Shown one piece after another: positions 35,725-45,487 of a stretch of DNA of 64,000 nt (positions are counted from its first letter, which is position 1; each line of letters opens with the position of its first letter). Origin of the DNA: Thermodesulfobacteriota bacterium (GTDB taxonomy: Bacteria > Desulfobacterota > Desulfobacteria > Desulfobacterales > UBA11574); NCBI GenBank assembly GCA_042573625.1, contig JBHPCZ010000003.1:3154-67153 (forward strand), written 5' to 3'. The position numbers and the translations under genes were made by a program. The notes beneath the pieces were generated by a model. The model was not told where the DNA came from. It saw only the letters and a program-made list of their open reading frames with translations, and searched no databases.

Positions 35725-36801
35725 CTACTCTGCATTCATCAAAGTAAGCACCCCTAAACAGAAAAAAACAAGGTTTGACGTCCACGCAGCAATTATTGGA
35801 TGAAGCATTTCACCGTATCCAAGAGATAGGCAGAAACTATAAAAAATCCAGTACAAAAACGCTATTCCGATACCGTACGCAATGCTGACAGGCAAACCAT
35901 CCTTTGCCTTTCCTCTAACACCGATACCTGTACCTACAATACACATAATGATGCAAATAAAAGGGAATGCGATTTTTGCATAAAAGTCGACCTTGTAAAT
36001 CGTCGCATCATAACCTTCTGATTCAACCTTCTTTATGAATCCAAAAAGTTCCTTTAAACTCATCTCTCCAGATAATTTCATAACCCGTTTTAGATCATCT
36101 GCCAAAAAGCCTAATTGTTCAACTCGATTTTCATAGAACACAACGCCGCTGGTTCCATCTTTGTTAACAAAATTCTGCTCTACGAGGTCATGCAGTATCC
36201 ATTTCCCTTCTTTAAAAACACCCTTGCGTGCATCAATTCTTCGGATTAACCTGAAATTTTCATCAAATGTGTTCTGGCTGACACCCAAAATGGTCTTGTT
36301 TGAAGAATTATAATACTTAATATGCGTTATAGAACGATTACCCTTGATCCAGATATTCTTTTCACTTGAGATAACGGCGTGTTCTTTTCTGACCTCCCTT
36401 AACCATATTCTATTTGACTTTCCTATGGTTATGGGAACGATCACCTCGGAAAGAAAAAAAAGCAAAATCCCGCATATAAGACCTGCTGCAAAAACCGGCC
36501 TTAAAAGATAATAGATACTAACGCCGCTGCTTTTTAAAGCGACGATTTCATAGTTTCGTGTCATGAGGCCAAAGACGATAAGAACAGACAGAAGGATGCA
36601 TACCGGCATGACCTGGGAGATGATCAAGGGGATCTTAAAAAGAAAAAAAGTCAAGGCTTTTGAAAATGGAAGACCTGCTTCGATAAAATCATCTATCTTC
36701 TCAAAAAAATCTACGGCAATATATACACTGACAACAAACGTCAATAACATACCGAAATATTTTAAAGTCTCTAAAGTCAAATACTTATGAATAATAGACA
36801 T
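35725..36801 (-). CDS. lptG: LPS export ABC transporter permease LptG
   Basis: YjgP/YjgQ-type topology (three TM, a periplasmic beta-jellyroll region, three TM). It is the second of two tandem paralogs downstream of msbA. Confidence 0.8.
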   Translation of the reverse strand: MSIIHKYLTLETLKYFGMLLTFVVSVYIAVDFFEKIDDFIEAGLPFSKALTFFLFKIPLIISQVMPVCILLSVLIVFGLMTRNYEIVALKSSGVSIYYLLRPVFAAGLICGILLFFLSEVIVPITIGKSNRIWLREVRKEHAVISSEKNIWIKGNRSITHIKYYNSSNKTILGVSQNTFDENFRLIRRIDARKGVFKEGKWILHDLVEQNFVNKDGTSGVVFYENRVEQLGFLADDLKRVMKLSGEMSLKELFGFIKKVESEGYDATIYKVDFYAKIAFPFICIIMCIVGTGIGVRGKAKDGLPVSIAYGIGIAFLYWIFYSFCLSLGYGEMLHPIIAAWTSNLVFFCLGVLTLMNAE

Positions 36802-36902
36802 AATATTTCAATTATCCAAACCTTGAAATCTGTAATACAGAACCTTATAAGATTCATTGATCACTCCGACCATTTTGTGGCCAAGCCTTGTTCGGTCAAG
36901 GT

Positions 36903-38102
36903 TTACCCGGAAAAACGGGACAATACCCTTCGGACTAAATCCGCTAAAAAATCAACCTTCAACGGCCGGTCATCAGCTGTTCTGACAAGAAGGAATAATC
37001 CCAACCCGCCTATAACAAAATTTGGAACCCACATCCCGATTACCGGCGGATAGATACCTGCTTCACCAAAAACCCATCCTGCAGAAAGAAGCAGATAATA
37101 AATCAGAAAAAAAATGAGACCCAGACCCAAACCCCTTGATCGCTTTGTAGGTCCCGACTGAATCCCCAGAGGAATAGCCAGAAGTCCTAACGCAAAACAT
37201 GCAAAAGGGATTGAAAATTTCTTGTGAAATACTACCAGGGCGCCAAAGTAGTTTGCATCGGTTTTTTTTGCAGTCTTTAAATACTGGCTCAGCTCAGCAA
37301 GCGCCATTTCCTTTTCGTTTTTCGGAACTTTTTTCCCTCTTGCATAATTTTTTCCTCTTGCATAATTTAAGAGGCCGGTTGTAAGATCAAGGCTTACGTC
37401 ATAAGTGTCAAAACTGATCGAATTTACTGCCCTGCTCTCTTGATCAACTCGATTGATGGTTCCATTATACAATCGCAAGTGATAATCCAGCTTTTCGGGA
37501 TTTTTAAAGAGTTCACCTCTTGGCGCAACGATTGTGCTCACAATTTTTTTATTTCTTTGATCTTCAATAAAAACATCTATCAAATCCTTATTTTTCAAAT
37601 CGATTTTACTGATGTAAAGCATCACGTCCCTGAAGCTATCATTGAAAGTCCTTTCTTTCAGCCCGATGTTGAGATGGGATGCAGCGATTTTAATTGACAG
37701 GTTCTTAAACGATAGCCTTCCCCACGGTAATCCATATATGGCTATAAAACTCGTAAGCAGGCAGCCCACCAAGCAAAACGCCATTACCGGTGGCACTAAA
37801 CCATAAATGCTGACACCTCCGGTTTTAAAGGCCACGATTTCATTGTCGTTTGATAATCTGAGAAAAGTAAAAAGCACGGCCATCATTATCGATATGGGTA
37901 TTACAAATTCGAGGAAATGGGGCATGGAATAGAGAAGCATCAAGAGAACCGTTGTTAAGCTGATTCTGTAATTGACAATAAAGTTTGTAATATCAAGTAT
38001 CTTTGCCATCAGAAAAATAAATGTAAAAAAGATCAGGGTGACGACAAAAGGAGGGATCATCTCTCTAAAGATATACCTATTTACAATTGAGTTGAGTTTC
38101 AT
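36903..38102 (-). CDS. lptF: LPS export ABC transporter permease LptF
   Basis: N-terminus MKLNSIVNRYIFREMIPPFVV is typical of the YjgP/YjgQ family. First of the tandem pair. Contains an in-frame NYARGK-NYARGK duplication. Confidence 0.8.
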   Translation of the reverse strand: MKLNSIVNRYIFREMIPPFVVTLIFFTFIFLMAKILDITNFIVNYRISLTTVLLMLLYSMPHFLEFVIPISIMMAVLFTFLRLSNDNEIVAFKTGGVSIYGLVPPVMAFCLVGCLLTSFIAIYGLPWGRLSFKNLSIKIAASHLNIGLKERTFNDSFRDVMLYISKIDLKNKDLIDVFIEDQRNKKIVSTIVAPRGELFKNPEKLDYHLRLYNGTINRVDQESRAVNSISFDTYDVSLDLTTGLLNYARGKNYARGKKVPKNEKEMALAELSQYLKTAKKTDANYFGALVVFHKKFSIPFACFALGLLAIPLGIQSGPTKRSRGLGLGLIFFLIYYLLLSAGWVFGEAGIYPPVIGMWVPNFVIGGLGLFLLVRTADDRPLKVDFLADLVRRVLSRFSG

Positions 38103-38568
38103 AAAGTTTAGTAATACGGGCCGGATATAAAGATAGGTCCTTCTTTTAAATAGAAGCGTAAATTCATTTGTGCTGTGTCGATTTTATCTTATTGATCTTC
38201 TTAAGTTAAGTCAATAAAACATTGATAAGTTTAAGATTTCTAGAAAAATGCAAACCTGATGGGCAAGCAATCTCAAGGAATTCTGGGCGGGCTCTGTTTG
38301 AAAAATTATGGCATATGACGCGGAATTGCTCTTTAAGTTTTATTTGACGGTTAGGTTCAAAATTATCTTAGAGCTAAAATCCCTTTATAGGTCTCTAATT
38401 GAGCGAATAATACTACAATATGAGAGTTGTCTGTTATCTGTTATTCGTCAATAGAATGTTGTTCAGCCGGGATTCTGGCATCTCTGCTATAGGTGAGATG
38501 TAATTTTGTCCATTGATCTTTCAAAACTGTTAACTGATAACCAACCACTGATAACACCGAATCGAGTT

Positions 38569-40374
38569 TTAACTCGATTCGGGTAAATCTTTAGCGCTGT
38601 TATTGAATTGCATCTGATAAAGTTTGTAAAATTCTCCCTTTTTGGCCAGCAGGTTATCCTTTGTTCCCTCTTCTACGATCTGACCATTCACAATAACAAC
38701 AATCCGGTTCGCATAATCGATGGTTGAAAGCCGGTGCGCGATAACAAAAGTGGTCCGCCCCTTCATCAGGTTTTCCAGGGCCTTCTGAACCAGCATCTCA
38801 GACTCTGTATCAAGTGAAGATGTTGCCTCGTCAAGGATCAATATGGGCGCATCCTTCAGCAAGGCACGGGCGACACATATCCTTTGCTTTTCCCCCCCGG
38901 AAAGGCGTCCTCCCAGTTCTCCGATATTGGTATCAAATTTGCCCGGAAAACCCTGGATAAAATTGTATGCGTAAGCCGCCTTTGCTGCGTTTTCAATTTC
39001 TTCATCTGTTGCATTTTTATTGCCGTAAGCAATGTTGTTTCTTACCGTATCATTAAAAAGTATCGGCTCTTGCGTAACAATTGCAATCTGATCGCGAAGG
39101 GATGATATCGAAACTTTCCGGATATCAATATCATCGATCTGGATCGTTCCGTTGCTTATATCATAGAACCTCGGTATCAGATTGACCAAAGATGTTTTCC
39201 CGCCACCGCTCATACCGGCCAGTGCCAGAATTTCGCCTGCCCTGACATTCAGGTTAATATCTTTTAGAACCATAACATCATCGTACTTAAAAAACACATT
39301 TTCAAAGACTACCTGGTGAGGGTTTCGCTCAATTTTTACAGGATTCTCACACTCCTTAATGTCCGACTCCAGCTCAATAACATCAAAAACCCTGTCAGTG
39401 GCCGCAAGTCCTTGCTGAACGGCATTGTTAAGATGGCTTAATTTCTTTACAGGATCGTAAAGCATCAGAACGGCCGCCAGGAAGGATGAAAATGTTCCAA
39501 GGGTGGAGGTGCCTGCAATGACTTTGGAACCGCCATACCAGATAACAAATGCGATACCAATCCCCCCGAGGAATTCCATAATTGGGGAAGACAACGAACG
39601 AATGACCACCAAATTCATATCAATTTTAAAAAGGTCAAGCGTCCGATCAAAGAAACGTTTCTTCTCATACGACTCCATTCCGAACGCCTTGACGATTTTG
39701 TTCCCCGCAAATGTTTCATGCAGAAAAGAACTCAGATCAGCCGATGTTTCCTGAAACGTGGTAGTCATGCGGCGCACCCGCCTCCCCAATTCCATAACTG
39801 GAAGGAATGCTATCGGTAGAACAATGAATGCAAAAATCGCCATTTTCCAGTCTCGATAAAAAATAACGATGGTCAAGCCCACGATGGTAAAAAAATCTTT
39901 TAAAAACGCTGTCACCGCCGTCGAAACCATTATCTTGACAATAGCAACATCAGAGAGTACCCGTGACATCAACCCACCGGTTTTTTCTTTATGAAAAAAA
40001 GCTAGCGGAAGACTCTGAATCTTGTTATAAAGATCGTTTCTAAGTTGCATTACGATGTTCCCGCCCACGTAATTCATATAATACTCCTGGCCAAACATGC
40101 CGAGACCGCGAACCAAAAAAACGACGATTGCAAAAATCGGAATCCACGTCAGCGCCTTCACATCTTTGTTAATAAAGACATCATCCAGTACGGGTTTGAC
40201 CAGAAGGGGTATGGCAGCAGTTGTTGCGGCGATAATAAGGTTGCAGCTCATCGCAAAGAGAAACTTAAACTTGTTTTCCCTTATAAGCTCAAGCAAGCGC
40301 TTATGTCTGGGCTTTAATTTATCTGCAAATCGTTTCTTCATGATCCCATATGAATCAACGCCTGTTTCAGGCAT
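38569..40374 (-). CDS. msbA: lipid A export ABC transporter (fused permease/ATPase)
   Basis: Six-TM exporter domain, Walker A GMSGGGKTS, signature LSGGEKQR and Walker B ILILDEATSSLD. Sits between lpxB and lptF. An alternative start is M12 (40341). Confidence 0.85.
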   Translation of the reverse strand: MPETGVDSYGIMKKRFADKLKPRHKRLLELIRENKFKFLFAMSCNLIIAATTAAIPLLVKPVLDDVFINKDVKALTWIPIFAIVVFLVRGLGMFGQEYYMNYVGGNIVMQLRNDLYNKIQSLPLAFFHKEKTGGLMSRVLSDVAIVKIMVSTAVTAFLKDFFTIVGLTIVIFYRDWKMAIFAFIVLPIAFLPVMELGRRVRRMTTTFQETSADLSSFLHETFAGNKIVKAFGMESYEKKRFFDRTLDLFKIDMNLVVIRSLSSPIMEFLGGIGIAFVIWYGGSKVIAGTSTLGTFSSFLAAVLMLYDPVKKLSHLNNAVQQGLAATDRVFDVIELESDIKECENPVKIERNPHQVVFENVFFKYDDVMVLKDINLNVRAGEILALAGMSGGGKTSLVNLIPRFYDISNGTIQIDDIDIRKVSISSLRDQIAIVTQEPILFNDTVRNNIAYGNKNATDEEIENAAKAAYAYNFIQGFPGKFDTNIGELGGRLSGGEKQRICVARALLKDAPILILDEATSSLDTESEMLVQKALENLMKGRTTFVIAHRLSTIDYANRIVVIVNGQIVEEGTKDNLLAKKGEFYKLYQMQFNNSAKDLPESS

Positions 40375-40448
40375 CGCAAATCATGTTTCATTCGCACATT
40401 GAAATAAAAAATCCATACCTGTCCAAATGTCAACACTCTGATATCAGA

Positions 40449-41576
40449 CTACAACATATTTATGGCGATATTGGCAACCCGTTTCGAAGCACCTGGCCCT
40501 CCCAGCAAATCTCGGGTATCCAGGAGTTCGTTTCTCAATCTTTCAAGGCCGGCAGCATCGTTTAACATACTGTATACGGTATCCGCTATATTTTCTGGCG
40601 ATGCTTTATCCTGCAGCAGTTCAGGAACAACCTCTTTCCCTGCAATAAGGTTCACGAGTCCCACATGCTTAACACGTATCAATGCCCTGCCCACCCAAGC
40701 GGATACAGGGGAAACCTTGTAAATGATAACCATCGGCGTACCGGAAATCGCGGATTCCAGGGTAACCGTACCCGAAGAAGCAATAACAAATGTGCATTGA
40801 TTGAAAATTTTTTGCACATTTTCAGTTGTTAAAGTAAAATTTACCAACCCTTGGTAATTGATAGTGACCGCTTCCACATACTTTCTCTCCACAGAAGGTG
40901 CGATCGACACGACAAACCTTACGTTTTTGATCCGCTTCGACAGAATCATGGCTGCATCGAGCATCACCGGAAGATGCCTTGCAATTTCTCTGTCACGGGA
41001 CCCGGGCAGCAAACCGATGACCGGCACATCATCAGAAGTCTTTTCAAGTCCTTTTCCTATTGGCTCCTGATACGTGTCGAGCAAAGGGTGCCCTACAAAT
41101 GTCACAGGAATGTTATATCCTTTGTAAAAGTCTTCTTCAAAGGGCAGTATAACCGCCACATGATCTGCCCGCTCCCCGATTTTTTTGATACGCCCGGTCC
41201 TCCATGCCCAAATCTGCGGGCTGATATAATAAAGTACAGGGATATTAAGCTTCTTTGCCGTACATGCAACATGGAGGTTAAAATCAGGAAAATCGATCAG
41301 TATGAGCAAATCCGGATGCAGTTTTTTCAGGCTCTTTTTAGCAAGAGCGGCCCCCCTAAAAAGGCTGGGTATCTTGGAAAAAACTTCGGTTATTCCTACA
41401 ACGGATATGTCGGATGCATCAGCCAGGATTCTGACGCCTGCATCCTTTAACGCCTGCCCGCCGATACCGATGAAGGAAATGCCATCGTTCTTTTCTTGCA
41501 TGGCTTTTACAAGATTTGAACCATGCAGGTCTCCGGAATCTTCACCGGCTATGATCATAACAGATTTCTTTTTCAT
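40449..41576 (-). CDS. lpxB: lipid-A-disaccharide synthase
   Basis: VMIIAGEDSGDLHGSNLVKAM (AGExSGD signature), LYYISPQIWAWR and ASGTVTLE. Confidence 0.9.
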   Translation of the reverse strand: MKKKSVMIIAGEDSGDLHGSNLVKAMQEKNDGISFIGIGGQALKDAGVRILADASDISVVGITEVFSKIPSLFRGAALAKKSLKKLHPDLLILIDFPDFNLHVACTAKKLNIPVLYYISPQIWAWRTGRIKKIGERADHVAVILPFEEDFYKGYNIPVTFVGHPLLDTYQEPIGKGLEKTSDDVPVIGLLPGSRDREIARHLPVMLDAAMILSKRIKNVRFVVSIAPSVERKYVEAVTINYQGLVNFTLTTENVQKIFNQCTFVIASSGTVTLESAISGTPMVIIYKVSPVSAWVGRALIRVKHVGLVNLIAGKEVVPELLQDKASPENIADTVYSMLNDAAGLERLRNELLDTRDLLGGPGASKRVANIAINML

Positions 41577-41662
41577 AATCCGTCATTACTTTAACGATCA
41601 TGCTACCGTCGTCAAAAATTGTCACGATCCAACTATATGTTTGAAAAGGCTCCGAACTCAAA

Positions 41663-42622
41663 TTAACTCGCCAAAAAACGGCTGCTCGTCTCTCTAATCT
41701 GTCCCATGATCTCCAAAGCGATCCGCAAGGCATCACGCCCCACCCGGCCCGTTACCTCCGGGGTTTCACGATGAATAACTGCTTTTACAAAAGCCTTTAA
41801 CTCGTCATTCAGCGCATCACCCTTTGAAAAACTAAACTGCTTGATGCCCATACCGGGAATCAGACCCCCTTCGCTGTCCCCATCTTGGCTGACAACAGTT
41901 GCCTCATGATTTGCGAAGTCTACAGATAGATAAGCATCTCTTTGAAACAGTCTGATTTTACGTTCATCTCTGGTCGATATTCTGCTCGCCGTCATATTGG
42001 CAACACATCCGTTCTCAAATTCAAGGCGCGCGTTTGCAATATCAACATGCTCTGAAATTACGGGAATCCCTGCCGCGTGAATGCTTTTTACTTCAGATTT
42101 CACAAAGCTCAAGACTATATCGATATCATGTATCATAAGGTCAAGCACCACACTTACGTCCGTACCCCGCTCCTTATAAATACTCAAGCGATCCGACTCG
42201 ATAAACATCGGCTTTTTGACAAAATCCTTCAAAGCGATAACCGCCGGATTAAACCGTTCAAGGTGGCCGACCTGGATAATTACACTCCGTGATGCTGCAA
42301 TCCGTATCAACTCATCAGCCTCTTCTGTAGTGGTTGTCATCGGCTTTTCAATAAGGACGTCAACATCATTTTCCAGAAAGTCTTTGCTAATTGCAAAATG
42401 GGCAGGCGTCGGTACGACGATGCTGACGGCATCCACCTTGCCCATAAGGTCTCTATAGTCCTGGTATGGGATCGTAGATAACTTTGCCGCAACCTTCTCG
42501 GTCTGGCGTCTGTTTATATCAACAACGCCCACAAGGTCTACTTCTTCCATTTCTGCATACTTTTGAGCATGAAATGTGCCGAGATAACCCACACCGATAA
42601 CACCAACACGAATCTTCTTCAC
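41663..42622 (-). CDS. Gfo/Idh/MocA-family NAD(P)-dependent oxidoreductase
   Basis: KIRVGVIGVGYLGTFHAQKY Rossmann N-terminus and EKPMTTT. Embedded between lpxI and lpxB. Confidence 0.85.
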   Translation of the reverse strand: MKKIRVGVIGVGYLGTFHAQKYAEMEEVDLVGVVDINRRQTEKVAAKLSTIPYQDYRDLMGKVDAVSIVVPTPAHFAISKDFLENDVDVLIEKPMTTTTEEADELIRIAASRSVIIQVGHLERFNPAVIALKDFVKKPMFIESDRLSIYKERGTDVSVVLDLMIHDIDIVLSFVKSEVKSIHAAGIPVISEHVDIANARLEFENGCVANMTASRISTRDERKIRLFQRDAYLSVDFANHEATVVSQDGDSEGGLIPGMGIKQFSFSKGDALNDELKAFVKAVIHRETPEVTGRVGRDALRIALEIMGQIRETSSRFLAS

Positions 42623-42791
42623 GGTTATTTTAAATTCCTATTATTAAAGTTATATGAAGTGGCGGGGTGTTTCTAGTATAAAGCCTTATTGCCGGCAAAG
42701 CATTTAACAGAAAAAACTCTCTGACCCCTCAGTTATATGTAAGAATTTATAATTCCATTCAAAGTGGACCTTATTTGATTAACATCCGGCT

Positions 42792-43607
42792 TCAAACTGT
42801 TTCTTCTTTATCCATCGCAACAATGGTAATCTTGAATTTGTTTGCAAGGGCAATCATTTCATCTCTGTCAAAGACGACCGATCTCCCTGATTCAATGGCA
42901 AGCACTGTCGCACCTGCCTCATGCATCGTCTTTATTGTTTGCATCCCAACAGCAGGGATATCGAACCGTATATCCTGATCTGGCTTACACACTTTGATGA
43001 CCACCGCATCCTTTTTGCCCAGTTTTCCACCTCTCAATATGGTGGCATCTGTTCCATCGATGGCTTCAACAGCCAAAACCGACCCGCCCCCAACCACAAC
43101 GCATTGACCGATATCCAGACGGCCGATCTGTTTCGCCAGGTTCCATCCCATTGCAATATCCGCCTTTTCAGACCGGGTCGGTTTTCGCTTTGTCCAGCAC
43201 CCTTCCGGCGCCAGTAGCTCAGGAAGTAAAAATGTCGAGGCCTGTATCTTGACACCCTCTTCCTCCAGCAAGTCGGCAAAAGCCCTTAAGATCCCATCAT
43301 CATGTGTATGTTCCAGCCGGGCAATAAGTGAAATAATTTTGGTGTCCATTTTTACATCTTTAAACATTCGGGTCTTTGTTATAGCACCCATCATCACAGC
43401 CTCTCTGATACTGTTTCGTTTGAAAAACCGAAGAAGGCGCTTAATCTGTCCGAGATGGACCCATTCAATTTCCGCAGAAAGGCCTTCCAATGCAGGATCC
43501 GCTTCATTTACATAAGCAACGGTATAAATGGCATATCCTTTTGATTTGGCCGCTTTTGAAAAAATTATGGGGAACTGGCCGCCCCCCGCAATGAGTCCTA
43601 TCTTCAT
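42792..43607 (-). CDS. lpxI: UDP-2,3-diacylglucosamine diphosphatase LpxI (DUF1009)
   Basis: MKIGLIAGGGQFPIIFSKAAK..., the DIGQCVVV...AVEAIDGTD segment and a ~270-aa size match the LpxI family. Positioned between lpxA and lpxB. Confidence 0.8.
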   Translation of the reverse strand: MKIGLIAGGGQFPIIFSKAAKSKGYAIYTVAYVNEADPALEGLSAEIEWVHLGQIKRLLRFFKRNSIREAVMMGAITKTRMFKDVKMDTKIISLIARLEHTHDDGILRAFADLLEEEGVKIQASTFLLPELLAPEGCWTKRKPTRSEKADIAMGWNLAKQIGRLDIGQCVVVGGGSVLAVEAIDGTDATILRGGKLGKKDAVVIKVCKPDQDIRFDIPAVGMQTIKTMHEAGATVLAIESGRSVVFDRDEMIALANKFKITIVAMDKEETV

Positions 43608-43769
43608 AGTTTGTAATTCTGTAAATGCCTTATTTCTCTGATACGAATCCTAAAACATCGAATACCGCGATGGTATCTGTTTTTGTTAAAAATTTCAGCT
43701 CAGCACGTCATGAATAAAAAATTCACGCCAAGCGGACGTGGTTTTCTAAGCTGAATTACAGATCAATAT

Positions 43770-44540
43770 TCACCTTGTAATCCCTCTTTGAGAAGATTTA
43801 ATAAAATCGATGAAATGAACAACATCCGGCACCTGCTCTACTTCAGCAGTCACCCTTTCGATCGCCTCATTCATCGTAAGGCCGATACGAAATATAATCC
43901 TGTAAGCTTTCTTCAGTGATAATAATGTGCTCTGTGAGAAACCGTGTCGTTTGAGGCCCACACTGTTTAATCCGTGGAGCTGGGCCCGGGGTCCCGAAGC
44001 TATCACATAGGGTGGGATATCTTTTACAATTCCGGTGTGTCCCCCCACAAATGCGTAGTCACCGATCCTTACAAACTGGTGAATTGCCACAAGCCCGCCC
44101 ACGGTCGCATAATCTCCGATGGTTATATGTCCGCCAAGGGTCGCATTGTTCGCAAGAACAACTTTCCGTCCTGTTATACAGTCATGGGCGATATGAACGT
44201 AGGCCATCAGAAAGTTTTCTTCACCGATTTCTGTAATTCCACCACCAAATTTTGTACCTCTGTGAATCGTAACAAACTCTCGCACAATGCTGCCGCGTCC
44301 GATCTTTACGTAGGTTTCTTCACCTTCAAATTTCATGGACTGAGGAACAGCTCCTATGGCAGCGTACTGAAATATTTTGCAATCCGGCCCGATGGTTACA
44401 AAAGATTCTATGACAACATGAGAGCCAATAACGGTTCCGGACCCGATAAAAACATTCTCCTTGATAATCGAATAAGGTCCGATTTCGACATTAGAATCTA
44501 TCTCGGCTTTAGGATCGACAATTGCCGTTGGATGTATCAT
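43770..44540 (-). CDS. lpxA: acyl-ACP--UDP-N-acetylglucosamine O-acyltransferase
   Basis: MIHPTAIVDPKAEI start, hexapeptide repeats and a C-terminal helical domain. Overlaps the fabZ stop. Confidence 0.9.
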   Translation of the reverse strand: MIHPTAIVDPKAEIDSNVEIGPYSIIKENVFIGSGTVIGSHVVIESFVTIGPDCKIFQYAAIGAVPQSMKFEGEETYVKIGRGSIVREFVTIHRGTKFGGGITEIGEENFLMAYVHIAHDCITGRKVVLANNATLGGHITIGDYATVGGLVAIHQFVRIGDYAFVGGHTGIVKDIPPYVIASGPRAQLHGLNSVGLKRHGFSQSTLLSLKKAYRIIFRIGLTMNEAIERVTAEVEQVPDVVHFIDFIKSSQRGITR

Positions 44541-44989
44541 GGTTTCTCTCCAAATGTCGCCATGAGTTCTGCTTCGGCCACAAGCGTTTTATCCACTTTT
44601 GCTGTTGCCGACATTTTGAACACTTTTAGCCTCTGTTTTAACGGTTTGAGCTCAATAATAAGCTGGTCTCCGGGAACAACCGGTTTTCTAAATTTGACCT
44701 TGTCCATTCCCATGAAAAATACAACCCCATCCGATTCTTCGTGGGACAGGGATGCATAAGCCAGCACGGCTCCGGCCTGCGCCATGGCTTCTACAATAAG
44801 CACGCCGGGCATTACCGGAGTTCCCGGAAAATGTCCTTGGAAAAAAGGCTCGTTTATGGTTACGTTTTTCAGGGCGACAACCTTTTCACCGGGTATGAGT
44901 TCGAGTATCCGATCAACCAAAATAAACGGATATCGGTGAGGTAATACATTCATGATTTCCTGGATATCATACATTTTCTCCATTTTCAT
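44537..44989 (-). CDS. fabZ: 3-hydroxyacyl-ACP dehydratase
   Basis: LPHRYPFILVDRI and FFQGHFPGTPVMPGVLIVEAMAQ are canonical FabZ motifs. Confidence 0.95.
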   Translation of the reverse strand: MKMEKMYDIQEIMNVLPHRYPFILVDRILELIPGEKVVALKNVTINEPFFQGHFPGTPVMPGVLIVEAMAQAGAVLAYASLSHEESDGVVFFMGMDKVKFRKPVVPGDQLIIELKPLKQRLKVFKMSATAKVDKTLVAEAELMATFGEKP

Positions 44990-45487
44990 TCTCCAAACGC
45001 CCTTGATTTCCGGGTTGCAGTTTCCAAATTAATATTACAGTACATAAATGCCTAAATTGACTTAAAGTCTGAAGTGCCTAAAGTTGAGTTATCGCTTCAT
45101 TCCAACTATTTGTATAAAATTGACAGAATATCTTAACCTTGGCTCACTTTAAACCCTGGCCCAAATCGACCACCAATGCGTTTTACAAAAAAGACAGGTT
45201 TTGAATGATGCATGTGTTATCCCAATATATGAACGAGTCACACCAGGGTGGGCTTTAGCTCACTTCAAACTCTTTCAGCGTTTCTTGAGGCAGAACCGGA
45301 TATCTCTGACCTGGCCCAAAAAACCAGGTTTTCAAGGACTAAATATATTTGAAACCCGTTGACGCAGCCGTTTGACCATTTTTCAAAAAGTTCTCAGTGA
45401 TCGAAGTGGATAGAAAAGAGGTGTTAAGATAGCGTGCAGCAACAAAATCGGCATTTCAACCTGTCAACTTATTTGTTCCTGGAACAG

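Noticed and set aside
38557-38582. Perfect 12-bp palindrome (ccgaatcgagtt/aactcgattcgg) spanning the msbA stop codon
   Set aside because: It could be a terminator, but on the minus strand it lacks a proper downstream U-tract, so I did not call it.
40851-41450. 199-aa plus-strand ORF
   Set aside because: It is antisense to the well-supported lpxB, and I saw no recognisable motif.
43974-44759. 261-aa plus-strand ORF
   Set aside because: It is entirely antisense to lpxA/fabZ. Hexapeptide-repeat genes commonly create long open antisense frames. The translation is low-complexity with no motifs.
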